Below, piece by piece: positions 20,301 through 29,725 of a stretch of DNA of 64,000 bases. Both the position numbers and the translations under genes were made by a program. The DNA comes from Patescibacteria group bacterium (GTDB lineage Bacteria > Patescibacteriota > WWE3 > UBA101185 > UBA10185): positions 580,023 to 644,022 of the forward strand of contig JBMORU010000001.1 of the NCBI GenBank assembly GCA_049322215.1, read 5' to 3'. The notes under the pieces were generated by a model. That model saw only the letters and a list, made by a program, of their open reading frames with translations. It ran no database searches and was not told the DNA's origin. Numbering within the stretch: the first letter of the stretch is position 1; every line of letters begins with the position of its first letter.

Positions 20301-21355
20301 CCTTTACATATATTAATCCAACAAAATATTTAGCTTCTGTTAAAGGTGCTAGTTCAACATTTGGGCTTGTTTTAAAGCAAAGGTTTCATCCAAGCTGGGA
20401 GGTTAAATTTGCAGATTCTGGTACTATCTTAGATGAAGAAAATCACTATATAAGCGATGGTTATGGTAATGGGTGGGTAATAAATTCAGAAAGTATAGGA
20501 AGTGCAGACTTTGATTTAGTTATAGAATTTGCACCTCAAAAATACACTACTATTGGTTTCATGATTTCATTAATAGTTTTTGGAAGTTCTATATTATTTA
20601 TTGCATACAAACTACTTAAGCCTTCCCCTATACCGGACTATTCTGCATATGAAACAAGCTTTTTTAAAGAAAAGCTGAAAACTTTGGGGTATGTGTTGAA
20701 AGAAAACGGAATAAAAGGGTTATTCTTAATAGCACTGCGCACTCTAACCTATTTATATTACAAGGTTTTTAAGAAATCTACATTTGTATTTAATAATAAA
20801 CGGTACTCTTACTTTTATCACTGGTACAACGTAACCTTTAGGAATGAGCGTTGTGTAGAATTACCTATAGCCAAAGAGTATTTAGACAGGTTTCAAACTA
20901 ATTCAGTGCTAGAGGTTGGAAATGTTTTATCTCATTACTTCGATGTATCTCACGATGTAGTAGATAAGTATGAAGATAGTTCAACTACAATACGAGAAGA
21001 CATAGTTGACTTTAATACGCCTAAAAAATATGACTTGGTAATAAGCATTTCTACACTAGAGCATGTGGGGTGGGATGAAGACAAAAGAGACCCAAAAAAG
21101 TTTTTGAAAGCTCTCTCTAAAATGCGTTCGTTACTAAAACCGGGAGGAAAACTGTTAGTTACAATGCCCATGGGGTGGAGTGACTTTGTGGATAACTATG
21201 TGAAGCAAGGGGAGTTTCTTGACTATAAAGTTAACTTTATGAAAAGACACACTGCTGACAACAGCTGGAAGCAGGTTTCTCGTGAAGAGATAGTAGGTTC
21301 TAACTATAATGAGCCATTTCCAAATGCCAATGCAATCATTATTATAGAGCTATAA
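17297..21355 (+). CDS. Giant (1352 aa) polytopic membrane protein with a large extracytoplasmic region and a C-terminal cytoplasmic class I methyltransferase-like domain
   Basis: About 12 N-terminal TM helices and a ~650-aa soluble middle. A late TM (IGFMISLIVFGSSILFIAY) is followed by LEVGNV...DLVISISTLEHVGWDE...LKPGGKLLVTMP, a methyltransferase-fold signature. Confidence 0.55.
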   Translation: MKELLKRRSIKNILAIFFYLLVGLLLFKPIFSSKGIITGGDWSFPYTFLQLNNFLIDRIFSWGKIELVGGFRIFLVDLPFALLLKGLGFAGVSPILYPKLALLGAYVLAGFGMFYYLKYLKVKFPVALFGGLLYVFSPFFFNYTVMGWIYVLISMGIFPLFLTFFDRAVKERKFHFAALCGILFSLAFMQSTSIIWYSFGLLAIGITYVTNKKHLQNFILMSIVTYSILFLTHLYWAYNLFTIRDSTIFGSENVLSSVSLGTWAHLSLQNLIRGWGSLFNATYEYSYFSDFPLVSYALTILALLSLFIPRERKHVHLQSVVLFLIPIFLYLLGPERIALLPLGNVMRDVARMSVLISFSLTVLSILFINYLYKTQKYFLLIICIFVSFLSANPFWSGKFYANPKLPQDIRLRTYVYPEDYSIIESFIASNSEADKVMYIPTYSSFSDFTNPNFSGPYREMAYVFASMSPKQGIIYTTDKERRGINGYYGNLVEQLKYNYDESISYILSSLNVKYFVFYYNSMGAEDWRLYEKVSTDNNRFNDITAKVLGNSSNKVSVFEVATPSATIEAVNYVVSNSDPKESIKTKATIFSDNPELRIFTSPYKDVTTIDSLIYKAKVAREFDLQTKAVNSGWFWPTVRHKPGTLTYKLIRFLEDKKVTTAKDRKIQLELLLWHASKRAAEVATFGDANKESLTTSFYANHTEISELLSSFDFDDKDDWYYGYLYKLDYYLNESDPYIDTEVLQNDLENKLKFERFSILDSNRINCEELCYGVNLGVENFDSLYFVLNNSVVKSPSYTLISPNVLEIQKSKEILINQNDFLNSTYVFNSNEAKELLSAHWQAFEQVLSRDIFKYIFFSLSNAQLISIENWEPSTTYDISFDYVQGDLPIRVFIVEDVEQITSDFVEGVKNENIILKPKINDIKEIASLAKGTTSIERPFKMSFTTHPLAQTGYIYILNGNPETAPAETLETIKNFEISKPFAPDLYLTNFDANSSSGLPEIAFTYINPTKYLASVKGASSTFGLVLKQRFHPSWEVKFADSGTILDEENHYISDGYGNGWVINSESIGSADFDLVIEFAPQKYTTIGFMISLIVFGSSILFIAYKLLKPSPIPDYSAYETSFFKEKLKTLGYVLKENGIKGLFLIALRTLTYLYYKVFKKSTFVFNNKRYSYFYHWYNVTFRNERCVELPIAKEYLDRFQTNSVLEVGNVLSHYFDVSHDVVDKYEDSSTTIREDIVDFNTPKKYDLVISISTLEHVGWDEDKRDPKKFLKALSKMRSLLKPGGKLLVTMPMGWSDFVDNYVKQGEFLDYKVNFMKRHTADNSWKQVSREEIVGSNYNEPFPNANAIIIIEL

Positions 21356-21356
21356 T

Positions 21357-22955
21357 ATGTTTGTTTTAGGCGGTCTTGAAGATCAAATAACTTCTATAGT
21401 ATGGGGATTAATATCAAGCTCACCCTTTTCGCTTGATAATACTGCTTTACTACAGCATCTTCCTTATTATGTGCATTTTGAGCCTTTTATACATCCGTTA
21501 AGTACTAATCAGCCTATACTTTGGTTTTTTATTTCTATAATTTTATCTATATTTGGAACAGGCATATATAATTCTTTGGTTGTCTTGACTATACTTGCTA
21601 CACTTTTAACAAGTTATCGCTATTTTAAAAAATACAACTGGCCGTATGCCTATTCTCTAATATTTACATTCTCTGCTTATACCTGGAGTCATTTAGGTAG
21701 GCATATAGCTATTTCTCAATTGTGGCTCATTCCTGTTTATTTTATTTTATTTGAAAAATTAGAAAAGGAAGTTAAGTTTAAAACTATTCTAATTTCTGGA
21801 CTTTTTTTAGCTATTTGCGTTTTGATTTCTAATTATTTGGGATTCTTTCTTTTGCTGTTTAGTTTTATTCACATTGTATGTAAGGAATTTTATTACCTAT
21901 TTTTCAAAAAAGCTTACAACTTTAAACTACTAAAAAACTATTTTTTAACTTTTTTGTTTGGTGCTATTTTTAGTGTACCGTTTTTGCTACCTTTTTTACG
22001 TGCAACATACTTTTCTAGTACTACAGTTTCAAATGTAGTTCCCATTAGTAGGGGAATTGAAGATTTTGTTACTTTTAGTGTGCGTCCTTGGTATTTTGTG
22101 GCTCCACCAATAAAAAATCCGTTTATAGGCGTAGTAGGAAGCAAAGTTGTTACAGCTGCTGAAAAAACCGGTTATTTTTTGGCGGACGACTACTTTGCAG
22201 GAGAACACTCTGGTTTATTTTTTGGTTATACATTTTTAACACTTCTAGGATGTGGTTCATTTATTTTATTAAAAACGGGGAAAACTGCACTAAAAAGAAA
22301 AGTTTATTTTTATTACTTACAAGTGCTTATTGTGCTTAGTTTTATGCTCCCTCCTTTTTTTACTATTTCTGGTGTAAAAGTTTTAACTCCTGGATATTTA
22401 GTATATTTGCTATTTCCTATGTTTAGGGTTACTTCAAGAATGGCGCCAATTGTTTTGTTTTTATTACTAATAATATTTGCAGAGATAATTAGCCACCTAT
22501 ATTACAAACTAAGTAAGAAAAAATTATTAATGAGTGTAGTTTTTGTTGTTGCTGTTACCTTGGCAGAAGTTTTTGTTCCAGTTAAAGTATTTAATTACTC
22601 TAATACGCCAGAAGTGTATACCGCACTATCAGAACTACCTCCAGAAGAATCTTATTTTGCTGTATATCCCTATAGTGAATCTGATGAGGCATTTTTTTGG
22701 TTATGGCAGCACAAACGCTTGCTAATAAATCCAAGGTTTTATTCAACAGCTACCTTTGACTCGGAGACATTTACTAAAAACCTTGCTACTGACCAAGGAC
22801 TACAAAGTTTAAGTGCGTATTCTAATGCCTATCTAGTTGTAATTAAAGAAAAGACTGAAGTGTCTACCTTAGATTTTTTTGAAAGTTCAAATAAACTAAA
22901 AAAAATCAAAGAGACCGCAACATATTCTATATATAAAACTAATGTTTCAAACTAA
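21357..22955 (+). CDS. Polytopic membrane protein (putative GT-C-like glycan polymerase or transferase)
   Basis: 532 aa with more than 10 predicted TM helices. It starts 1 nt after the upstream stop. Function assigned by context. Confidence 0.45.
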   Translation: MFVLGGLEDQITSIVWGLISSSPFSLDNTALLQHLPYYVHFEPFIHPLSTNQPILWFFISIILSIFGTGIYNSLVVLTILATLLTSYRYFKKYNWPYAYSLIFTFSAYTWSHLGRHIAISQLWLIPVYFILFEKLEKEVKFKTILISGLFLAICVLISNYLGFFLLLFSFIHIVCKEFYYLFFKKAYNFKLLKNYFLTFLFGAIFSVPFLLPFLRATYFSSTTVSNVVPISRGIEDFVTFSVRPWYFVAPPIKNPFIGVVGSKVVTAAEKTGYFLADDYFAGEHSGLFFGYTFLTLLGCGSFILLKTGKTALKRKVYFYYLQVLIVLSFMLPPFFTISGVKVLTPGYLVYLLFPMFRVTSRMAPIVLFLLLIIFAEIISHLYYKLSKKKLLMSVVFVVAVTLAEVFVPVKVFNYSNTPEVYTALSELPPEESYFAVYPYSESDEAFFWLWQHKRLLINPRFYSTATFDSETFTKNLATDQGLQSLSAYSNAYLVVIKEKTEVSTLDFFESSNKLKKIKETATYSIYKTNVSN

Positions 22956-23022
22956 CCTGTGTGTATTGCCCCTTACTGAACTTATAGTATAATTCTCGCA
23001 TCTTGTAAAAAGAAAAAAGGAG

Positions 23023-23844
23023 ATGAATATGACACCAAGATTTAATGTGGGTGTTAGTGTGGCCTCGTTTCTGCCTTTTTCCGCAATTCCCGCTGTTGGC
23101 GTGGCTTTGGCTGCTGCAATGCGTAATGCTGTCGGGTATAAATTTACACAAATTTTACCTTTACGCAGTTTTACATCTAATTCTATACAAGCAGTAGATC
23201 TTAATCCTGTTTATGCTGAGCACGCTTGGAATCCAAATACCTTTTCTAGGTTTTTAATAGGATTGAAAGGGTATTCAGGAGAACCATCTAAATTGCACGA
23301 TGTTTTGTTTTTTCCTAGTCCAGGTCGTGCGGAAGATCGTATTTATAGCATGGTAGCTTTGCAATCCTTGCGTTTAATACATCATACATGGAAGGATCTG
23401 CGTTCGGGCTTTAAAGATTTGGTAGAACTGAATGCTGCTTTGCCTGAGAGATCCCTGACTGCTTTGGTACAACACGCAATGACTTTTTCGCATAAGGTCG
23501 TTGTTATTGACACTAGGCACATGGCATACAATAAGTATTCAGATAAATGGCACCCTTTTGGGTTATCCGTAGATGTTTTAAATGCGTTGCTTCCGTATAC
23601 AGGTGCCATTCAAGTGCAAGCTCGTCCAGATGAGGGGTGGGATTTTACCTCGGGCTCATGGCTTAGCATGGTTTTAAATCACATTGGGGCTTATTACCAA
23701 ATACATGGTGGGTTTATCGACTTAATTGTAGAAGCGAATCCTGCTGAATTTGGTAAAAGAGCTTTGGTTGATCCTTTTTACCTTGTTGAGCAACATAAAC
23801 AATTGCGGCAAAACATACTTAAACGGTTGTTTCTAGACACATAG
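23023..23844 (+). CDS. Hypothetical protein with an N-terminal signal/anchor, GC-richer than its surroundings
   Basis: 273 aa. It has a strong SD (aaaggagatgaatATG), its own TATAAT box and its own terminator. Its codon usage and GC content are visibly higher than those of its neighbours. Confidence 0.5.
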   Translation: MNMTPRFNVGVSVASFLPFSAIPAVGVALAAAMRNAVGYKFTQILPLRSFTSNSIQAVDLNPVYAEHAWNPNTFSRFLIGLKGYSGEPSKLHDVLFFPSPGRAEDRIYSMVALQSLRLIHHTWKDLRSGFKDLVELNAALPERSLTALVQHAMTFSHKVVVIDTRHMAYNKYSDKWHPFGLSVDVLNALLPYTGAIQVQARPDEGWDFTSGSWLSMVLNHIGAYYQIHGGFIDLIVEANPAEFGKRALVDPFYLVEQHKQLRQNILKRLFLDT

Positions 23845-23851
23845 TATAAAA

Positions 23852-23897
23852 GAGCAGCGAAAACATTTTAATGTCTTCGCTGCTCCTTCTTTTTTGT
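23852..23897 (+). terminator. Rho-independent terminator after the GC-rich insert gene
   Basis: GAGCAGCGAA...TTCGCTGCTC forms a 10-bp stem followed by CTTCTTTTTTGTT. Confidence 0.65.
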
Positions 23898-23909
23898 TAT
23901 CATTTACTA

Positions 23910-24356
23910 ATGGGATTATTATTAGATGAAATTGGTCACGGAATTGCGTTCTGTCTTGTATCTCTTTATATTTTTCAATTCATTCCCAAGCTTTATAGTG
24001 ACCGGGCGTTTGTTTTTGGATTAGTTTCTACGTACTTCATAGACTTAGATCACTTGTTTGATTATTTTCTCAACATGGGGTTTTCAGTAAACTTTTCAAA
24101 AATTCTTACCGGTAGTTACTTTGGAGAAAATCAAAAAATTTATGTTTTGTTGCACTCCTGGGAATTAGTGGCGCTATTACTGGGGGTTTTTTTATTCTCA
24201 AAAAACAAACTTAATCATAAAGTGCTTTTTTTTATTTTTGTAGCCTTTGCAATGCATTTAACCTATGATCTTGCCTCTTATGGATTTGATTACAAAGTAT
24301 ACTTTGCTCTTTATCGCCTAATAAATTCTTTTGATATAAATGTGTTCTTAACCTGA
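23910..24356 (+). CDS. Small integral membrane protein (possibly a DUF457/YdjM-like membrane hydrolase)
   Basis: The start was moved to the internal ATG at 23910 because the listed start at 23871 lies inside the terminator hairpin. Four TM helices, with spaced His/Asp residues (DEIGHG, IDLDHLFDY, HSWE). Confidence 0.4.
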   Translation: MGLLLDEIGHGIAFCLVSLYIFQFIPKLYSDRAFVFGLVSTYFIDLDHLFDYFLNMGFSVNFSKILTGSYFGENQKIYVLLHSWELVALLLGVFLFSKNKLNHKVLFFIFVAFAMHLTYDLASYGFDYKVYFALYRLINSFDINVFLT

Positions 24357-24368
24357 TAAAATATACCC

Positions 24369-25808
24369 ATGAAAACGTTTCTTACAATTGTAGTTAGTTC
24401 GCTTTTAATCTTTTTTTTCTCATGGTTTTTGGTTTTTAAACTAAATATAAACGATCTTTCTTTGCAATCTGAAGACACAATACCTGCTTTGTTTCTTCCG
24501 GTAACACTAATTAAAGAGAGAACACTTTATGCTGATACTTACTACGAAATGATTCGAGAGCGTTATCCGCATCCTGATGATAAAAATCATGAAAAAGGCT
24601 TAACTCCGTTTTACTTTCGAAAAGTAACAAATGGCGAAAAACACTACATTTCAGCATTTCCCTTAACTACAGGACTTTTAGCCGTTCCAATATACTACTT
24701 ACCCTTAAAGTTAGGTATGGAAGTTACTTTTGAAAACTTGATTTTGTTAGGTCACATTAGTGCCTCCACAATTGTTGCCCTTGCGGGTGGGGTTTTTTAC
24801 TTACTGCTAAGTAAATTTTTTGGTTTATCTCGCTCGCAACGCCTTTTGTTAACAACCATTTATTTATTTGCCACTATAAACTTTGCCTTAATTTCACAAG
24901 CGTTATGGCAACATGGCACTGTACAGTTGCTATCGTTACTTTCTTTATACTTTTTGTTTTATGGAAGCATTTCTGTTAGGGTAAAAAAATACTTGTTTTA
25001 TTTAGCTAGTGGTTTGTTCTTAGGTTTAACTATTTTAACAAGGCCAACAGCAGCGCTACTTTTACCTTACTTCGGGTTACTTCTAGTTTATAAAGATCAA
25101 AAGCAAGATTTTTCTTTGTCTTTAAAAAACATAGACTTACTTTTTAAAACCACTATTGGGTACGCATTCAAGCTGTTTCTATTGCTGGTAGGTTTGTTTC
25201 CTTCTTATTTGTTTTTTAACTGGTATACAAATATTTGGTATAAAAGTATTTCTAATAACGGTTATGCAAATCAGCTGTTTAATGGTTGGTTATCTCGGTT
25301 TCCAGAGGGGTTACTCGGTATTTGGATTTCACCAAGTAAGGGGATTTTAGTTTATTCACCTGTTTTTATTTTCATTTTTGTATCCTTAATAGTTGCACTT
25401 CGTTCTAATGTTTGGCGTAAAAATGTAGAGTATCTTATATATTTTTCTATTGTTGCCGTACACACTCTTGTAATGAGTCGTTGGAAACATTGGTACGGTG
25501 GTTGGGGGTTTGGTTACCGAATGGCTTCAGATGTTATACCTTTTTTAGTACTTTTGTTAATTCCATATTTAAAGTCAGATTTTTTTAAACGAACAAAAAA
25601 GTTATTTTTTTTCATAGTAATTTTTTCTGTTCTAGTTCAAATATTTGGGATAGTCTTTTTTGATGGCATTTGGCATGCCGCATATGACGGTGGTTTTGAA
25701 AATACTACGTGGCTCTGGTCAATAAAAGACTCTGAGTTTGCTTTTAATATTCGCCGCCTTTTAGTAAAAGTAAATTTATTAGATAGAGCCTGCCCGAAGT
25801 GTATGTAA
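24369..25808 (+). CDS. GT-C-fold membrane glycosyltransferase (ArnT/PMT, GT39/GT83-like)
   Basis: 479 aa and polytopic. LTILTRPTAALLLPYFGLLL and the overall layout resemble undecaprenyl- or dolichyl-phosphate-sugar-dependent transferases. Confidence 0.5.
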   Translation: MKTFLTIVVSSLLIFFFSWFLVFKLNINDLSLQSEDTIPALFLPVTLIKERTLYADTYYEMIRERYPHPDDKNHEKGLTPFYFRKVTNGEKHYISAFPLTTGLLAVPIYYLPLKLGMEVTFENLILLGHISASTIVALAGGVFYLLLSKFFGLSRSQRLLLTTIYLFATINFALISQALWQHGTVQLLSLLSLYFLFYGSISVRVKKYLFYLASGLFLGLTILTRPTAALLLPYFGLLLVYKDQKQDFSLSLKNIDLLFKTTIGYAFKLFLLLVGLFPSYLFFNWYTNIWYKSISNNGYANQLFNGWLSRFPEGLLGIWISPSKGILVYSPVFIFIFVSLIVALRSNVWRKNVEYLIYFSIVAVHTLVMSRWKHWYGGWGFGYRMASDVIPFLVLLLIPYLKSDFFKRTKKLFFFIVIFSVLVQIFGIVFFDGIWHAAYDGGFENTTWLWSIKDSEFAFNIRRLLVKVNLLDRACPKCM

Positions 25809-25812
25809 TATA

Positions 25813-27036
25813 ATGGCAACAATGAAGAATTTGGAAAAATACAATGTAATATGTTTATCAAACCAACTGTGGGACTTTCCTAATTGGACAAATAAAAAAC
25901 ACGTTATGAGTCGTTTAGCTAAATTGGGGCACAAAGTGCTATTTGTTGACCCTCCCATTAACACTGGTTTTGTTTTTTTCCGCCAAATAAAACGCGGTCT
26001 GTGGAATATGCAGCGTTTTATAAATCGTTATGTAAAAGATTTTGATGGAAATGTTTTAGTATTTACTCCATTAAATTTAGTTCCTGTTTCAGCACTTACT
26101 TCTTTAATTCATATTAGTAGAATTAGATATTTAGCAAAGCGGCATTTTGATTCAAGTAATAAAACAATTTTATGGGTATATCATGTTCAGATTCCTCAAA
26201 TAGAGAAGTATATTAAATACTTAAACTACGACTTACTAGTATATGACTGTGTAGATAATTATGAAGCATTTCCTGAGCAAGGATCTTTTTATAGAGCATC
26301 TTCCAATATTAGTGAAACCTTGCAAAACGAAGACTATTTAGCTGCTAAAGCTGACTTGGTTTTTGCTTCGGCTCCTGGTTTGGTTGAAAAGTTGAAAAAA
26401 TTTAACAATAAAGTTTATTTCACTCCAAATGTTGGTAACTATAAAAAGTTTAAAAATGCTCAAAAGTATAAATATCATTTGCCTTCCGACATTCGTAATA
26501 TTTCTTCACCCCGAATAGGTTTTATTGGCGCTTTAGATGACTACAAATTTGACTACAAATTATTTAAAAGTTTAGTTGAAACATATCCAGATTATTCTTT
26601 TGTGCTAATAGGCTCAATGGCAATTAAAGATAAAAATGCAGATTTACATTCACTCGGTTTGACAGGGTATAAAAATGTTCATTTGCTTGGATCAAAGCCT
26701 TACGATGAGATTGAAAAGTATATGGGTGGATTTGATGTATTTATTATTCCTTACGTTTTAAATGATTACACAGTTGGAGGATGTTTTCCTGTTAAGTTCC
26801 ATGAGGGACTAGCTGCTGGGGTTCCGGTTGTAGTAACTGATTTGCCTGCATATTATCCATTTGATGAGGTTTGTTATATATCTAAAAATGATACAGATTT
26901 TGTAGAAAACATTAAAAAGGCTTTAAGTGATAATTCTGCGCAAAAAATGAGAGAACGCCAAATAGTCGCAAAAGAAAATGATTGGGATGGAAAAGTTCAA
27001 AGGCTTTTAGGTTATATACAAACTTCACTTAGTTAA
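25813..27036 (+). CDS. GT4-family glycosyltransferase
   Basis: C-terminal GGCFPVKFHEGLAAGVPVVVTD. Confidence 0.6.
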   Translation: MATMKNLEKYNVICLSNQLWDFPNWTNKKHVMSRLAKLGHKVLFVDPPINTGFVFFRQIKRGLWNMQRFINRYVKDFDGNVLVFTPLNLVPVSALTSLIHISRIRYLAKRHFDSSNKTILWVYHVQIPQIEKYIKYLNYDLLVYDCVDNYEAFPEQGSFYRASSNISETLQNEDYLAAKADLVFASAPGLVEKLKKFNNKVYFTPNVGNYKKFKNAQKYKYHLPSDIRNISSPRIGFIGALDDYKFDYKLFKSLVETYPDYSFVLIGSMAIKDKNADLHSLGLTGYKNVHLLGSKPYDEIEKYMGGFDVFIIPYVLNDYTVGGCFPVKFHEGLAAGVPVVVTDLPAYYPFDEVCYISKNDTDFVENIKKALSDNSAQKMRERQIVAKENDWDGKVQRLLGYIQTSLS

Positions 27037-27088
27037 CTTTCTCTTTTACAATCTTATTAGTAACGGAAATAAGTAAGGAGAGTGTGAA

Positions 27089-27370
27089 ATGGACTATACG
27101 TTATTTTTGCCTGGAAGCCCTACCGCCATGAAGCAAAGTAATAAAGGTCGTGCACGGTTACCCGGCCTTATGATAACGCTACAAAGCATAAGGGGAGATC
27201 AAGCTGAGTTTGTTATAAACAGTGTTGTAATACATACAGTTAGTAAAGGTCATCCTGCTGTTTATGATCACTTAGGTACCTTTTTTGCTTTTAAACTAAA
27301 AGAAATTGGACCTGATTTTGTAAGAGTTTCAATTTCTAAAGATGGGTTTATTGTTCCAGCATATACGTAG
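27089..27370 (+). CDS. Hypothetical small protein
   Basis: 93 aa with a strong SD (aaggagagtgtgaaATG). A stem-loop follows at 27377..27410. Confidence 0.4.
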   Translation: MDYTLFLPGSPTAMKQSNKGRARLPGLMITLQSIRGDQAEFVINSVVIHTVSKGHPAVYDHLGTFFAFKLKEIGPDFVRVSISKDGFIVPAYT

Positions 27371-27440
27371 AAATATGGGTGTGCTTTGAAAATTCAAATC
27401 ACACCCATAATGTTTGTCAATTTACGTTATAATTGCCTAT

Positions 27441-28589
27441 ATGAATATTTTGTATGTACTAAACTCAGGAAATCCAGGTGGAATGGAACAGCATGTTTTG
27501 GATTTAGTGAAAGGAATGCACTCTAGGGGATATCGTGTTCACGTTTGGTGCTCTGAGGGAAGTATAGTTGAATTGTATAAAAATGCAGGCGCACAAGTTA
27601 CAGTTAAACCCATATCCTTTGATATTGATCCATCTTACATAAAAGAATTACATACGTACTTACTGACTAATAATATTGATGTTTTGCATTCTCATGAATT
27701 AAAGGCGGGAATAAATGCTCTTATAGCGGCCACATTAGCCGGAACCAAAGTTAAAGTTAGCCATGTACATACACCTATTAGCGAATGGAAAGTTCCCAAT
27801 TGGAAGAAAGTTGTAGATATACTTATTTATACAATGTCGGTTGCTTTTTTATCTAATATTGAAATAGCTTTAACTGCGTCTAGAAAATCTGCAAAACTTA
27901 AAGAAGGTATTCCATCTAATAAGCTTGGTGTAATACCTAACGCAATTAACGTTTCTGATTATACCTTTAGCAGTGGTACAAAATCGCAGTACAGAGCAGA
28001 AATTCTTACAAAACATAATATTCCTGCTAACCGTTTTATTTTTGGAAATATAAGTAGAACAAGTGTAGAAAAAGGACATTCTGTTTTAATTGAGGCTTTT
28101 TCAAAATTTTTCGCAAACAAACATGATAAAGAAAATTTTCATTTACTTATTGCCGGGGGAGGAGAGCTTGAAGAAGCTTTAATCTTCCAAATAAATGAAC
28201 TTAACTTAACAAATTATGTTACTATCACAGGACGTTTTGCAGAGTCTGATAAGCTTAAATACTATGCCTCATTTGACTCTTTTGTTTTTCCTTCGTTTGC
28301 TGAAGGTTTTGGCATAGTTCTTATTGAAGCAATGGCTGCTGGTTTACCTGTTATTTGTTCTAACTTGCCTGTACTGTGTGAAGTGGCACAAGATAATGTT
28401 GCTTACTTTAATGTAGGTGATTCGCAAGATTTAGCAGAAAAGTTAAACTCTTTAGTTGTAGACCAACAAAAGTTGAATTCTATTGGTCAAAATGCGCGTA
28501 TGTTTGTTAAAGAACACTATTCTATGGACAAGTTTATTGAAAACTACATTAAGTTATATACTTATTTACTAAATAAGGGCAAAAAATGA
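27441..28589 (+). CDS. GT4-family glycosyltransferase
   Basis: The start was moved to MNILYVLNSGNPGG, a typical GT4 N-terminus. C-terminal EGFGIVLIEAMAAGLPVICSN. Confidence 0.7.
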   Translation: MNILYVLNSGNPGGMEQHVLDLVKGMHSRGYRVHVWCSEGSIVELYKNAGAQVTVKPISFDIDPSYIKELHTYLLTNNIDVLHSHELKAGINALIAATLAGTKVKVSHVHTPISEWKVPNWKKVVDILIYTMSVAFLSNIEIALTASRKSAKLKEGIPSNKLGVIPNAINVSDYTFSSGTKSQYRAEILTKHNIPANRFIFGNISRTSVEKGHSVLIEAFSKFFANKHDKENFHLLIAGGGELEEALIFQINELNLTNYVTITGRFAESDKLKYYASFDSFVFPSFAEGFGIVLIEAMAAGLPVICSNLPVLCEVAQDNVAYFNVGDSQDLAEKLNSLVVDQQKLNSIGQNARMFVKEHYSMDKFIENYIKLYTYLLNKGKK

Positions 28590-29725
28590 AAGTTTTAATG
28601 CAAGGCCGTTATGAGCTGTTCGATGTAGGTGGAGGAGATAAAGTTCAAATTGAAAATACGGCAAATCAATTACGTAGTCTTGGTGTATCAGTAGATGTTG
28701 CTACTCAAAAAGTCATAGATTTATCCCAGTATGATATTGTTCATATATTTCAACTGGATTGGGTAGCTGAAAACTACATTTATGCAAAACAGGCTCTTAA
28801 ACAAGGTATACCAATAGTTTTATCCCCAATTCATCATACACTTAAAGAAGTTGAACGTTTTGATAACGATTACGCCTTTGGTTTTCGCAGACTATCTAAG
28901 GCGCTTTTTAAAAATCAGTTTGCTCGAGACACTTTTAAAAACGTGTACCGTTCAGTACTTGATTACAGAAAAATCCCCCCAACTGCATTAAGTCTTATTT
29001 TAGGGTTAAAAAACATGCATAAAAAAGTTTTATCCTGGGCTGATATTGTTTTAGTGCAAACAAATATTGAAGCTTACGATCTGAAAGAGGTGTACGACGT
29101 AGATTTTGAATGGCGTAAAATACCAAACGGAGTTTCTTCAAATTTTATTCGAAGACAAAAGTTTTCTAATCCGTTTGAATTTGAAGACTATATTTTATGC
29201 GTTGGCCGCATTGAACCAAGAAAAAACCAACTATCTGTAATTGAAGCTGTGCAAAAACTTCGCTCTGAAACGAATAAAGATTTGCAACTAGTATTTGTAG
29301 GAGCACGTAGCGGAAGTAAACATATTGAATATTCGTTAAAGTTTAATTCTTTAGCGCATACATATCCTTGGGTGCATTATGTGGGGCAGGTTCCCTATGA
29401 GCAGATTCCGTCTTATTATCACTTTGCTAAGGTTGGAGTTTCTGCTAGTTGGTTTGAGTCAACCGGTTTAACAAGTTTAGAAGCTCTTTTTTGTGGTGCC
29501 AACGCTGTGGCTTGTGGTTCTCAGGCAAGGGAGTACTTAGGGGATTTAGCTTCGTATGCCGAGCCTTATAATATAGATTCTATAAAAACCGCTATAAAAG
29601 AAGCCTTGCATTCAGAACGTCCTAATATTACAAGAGAGTTAAAGCTTGAATATACTTGGTTAAATGCTGCGAAAAAAACTTTAGACAGTTATAATTCAGT
29701 TCTAGCAGCACGGAAAAATTTATGA
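28586..29725 (+). CDS. GT4-like glycosyltransferase (GT-B fold)
   Basis: ESTGLTSLEALFCGANAVA near the C-terminus. 4-nt overlaps on both sides. Confidence 0.5.
   Translation: MKVLMQGRYELFDVGGGDKVQIENTANQLRSLGVSVDVATQKVIDLSQYDIVHIFQLDWVAENYIYAKQALKQGIPIVLSPIHHTLKEVERFDNDYAFGFRRLSKALFKNQFARDTFKNVYRSVLDYRKIPPTALSLILGLKNMHKKVLSWADIVLVQTNIEAYDLKEVYDVDFEWRKIPNGVSSNFIRRQKFSNPFEFEDYILCVGRIEPRKNQLSVIEAVQKLRSETNKDLQLVFVGARSGSKHIEYSLKFNSLAHTYPWVHYVGQVPYEQIPSYYHFAKVGVSASWFESTGLTSLEALFCGANAVACGSQAREYLGDLASYAEPYNIDSIKTAIKEALHSERPNITRELKLEYTWLNAAKKTLDSYNSVLAARKNL

Noticed and set aside
27377-27410. Hairpin ATGGGTGTG...CACACCCAT after the 93-aa ORF as a terminator
   Set aside because: A 10-bp stem, but a 16-nt loop and no U-tract. 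Possibly an RNA stability element or attenuator, but not supportable as an intrinsic terminator.
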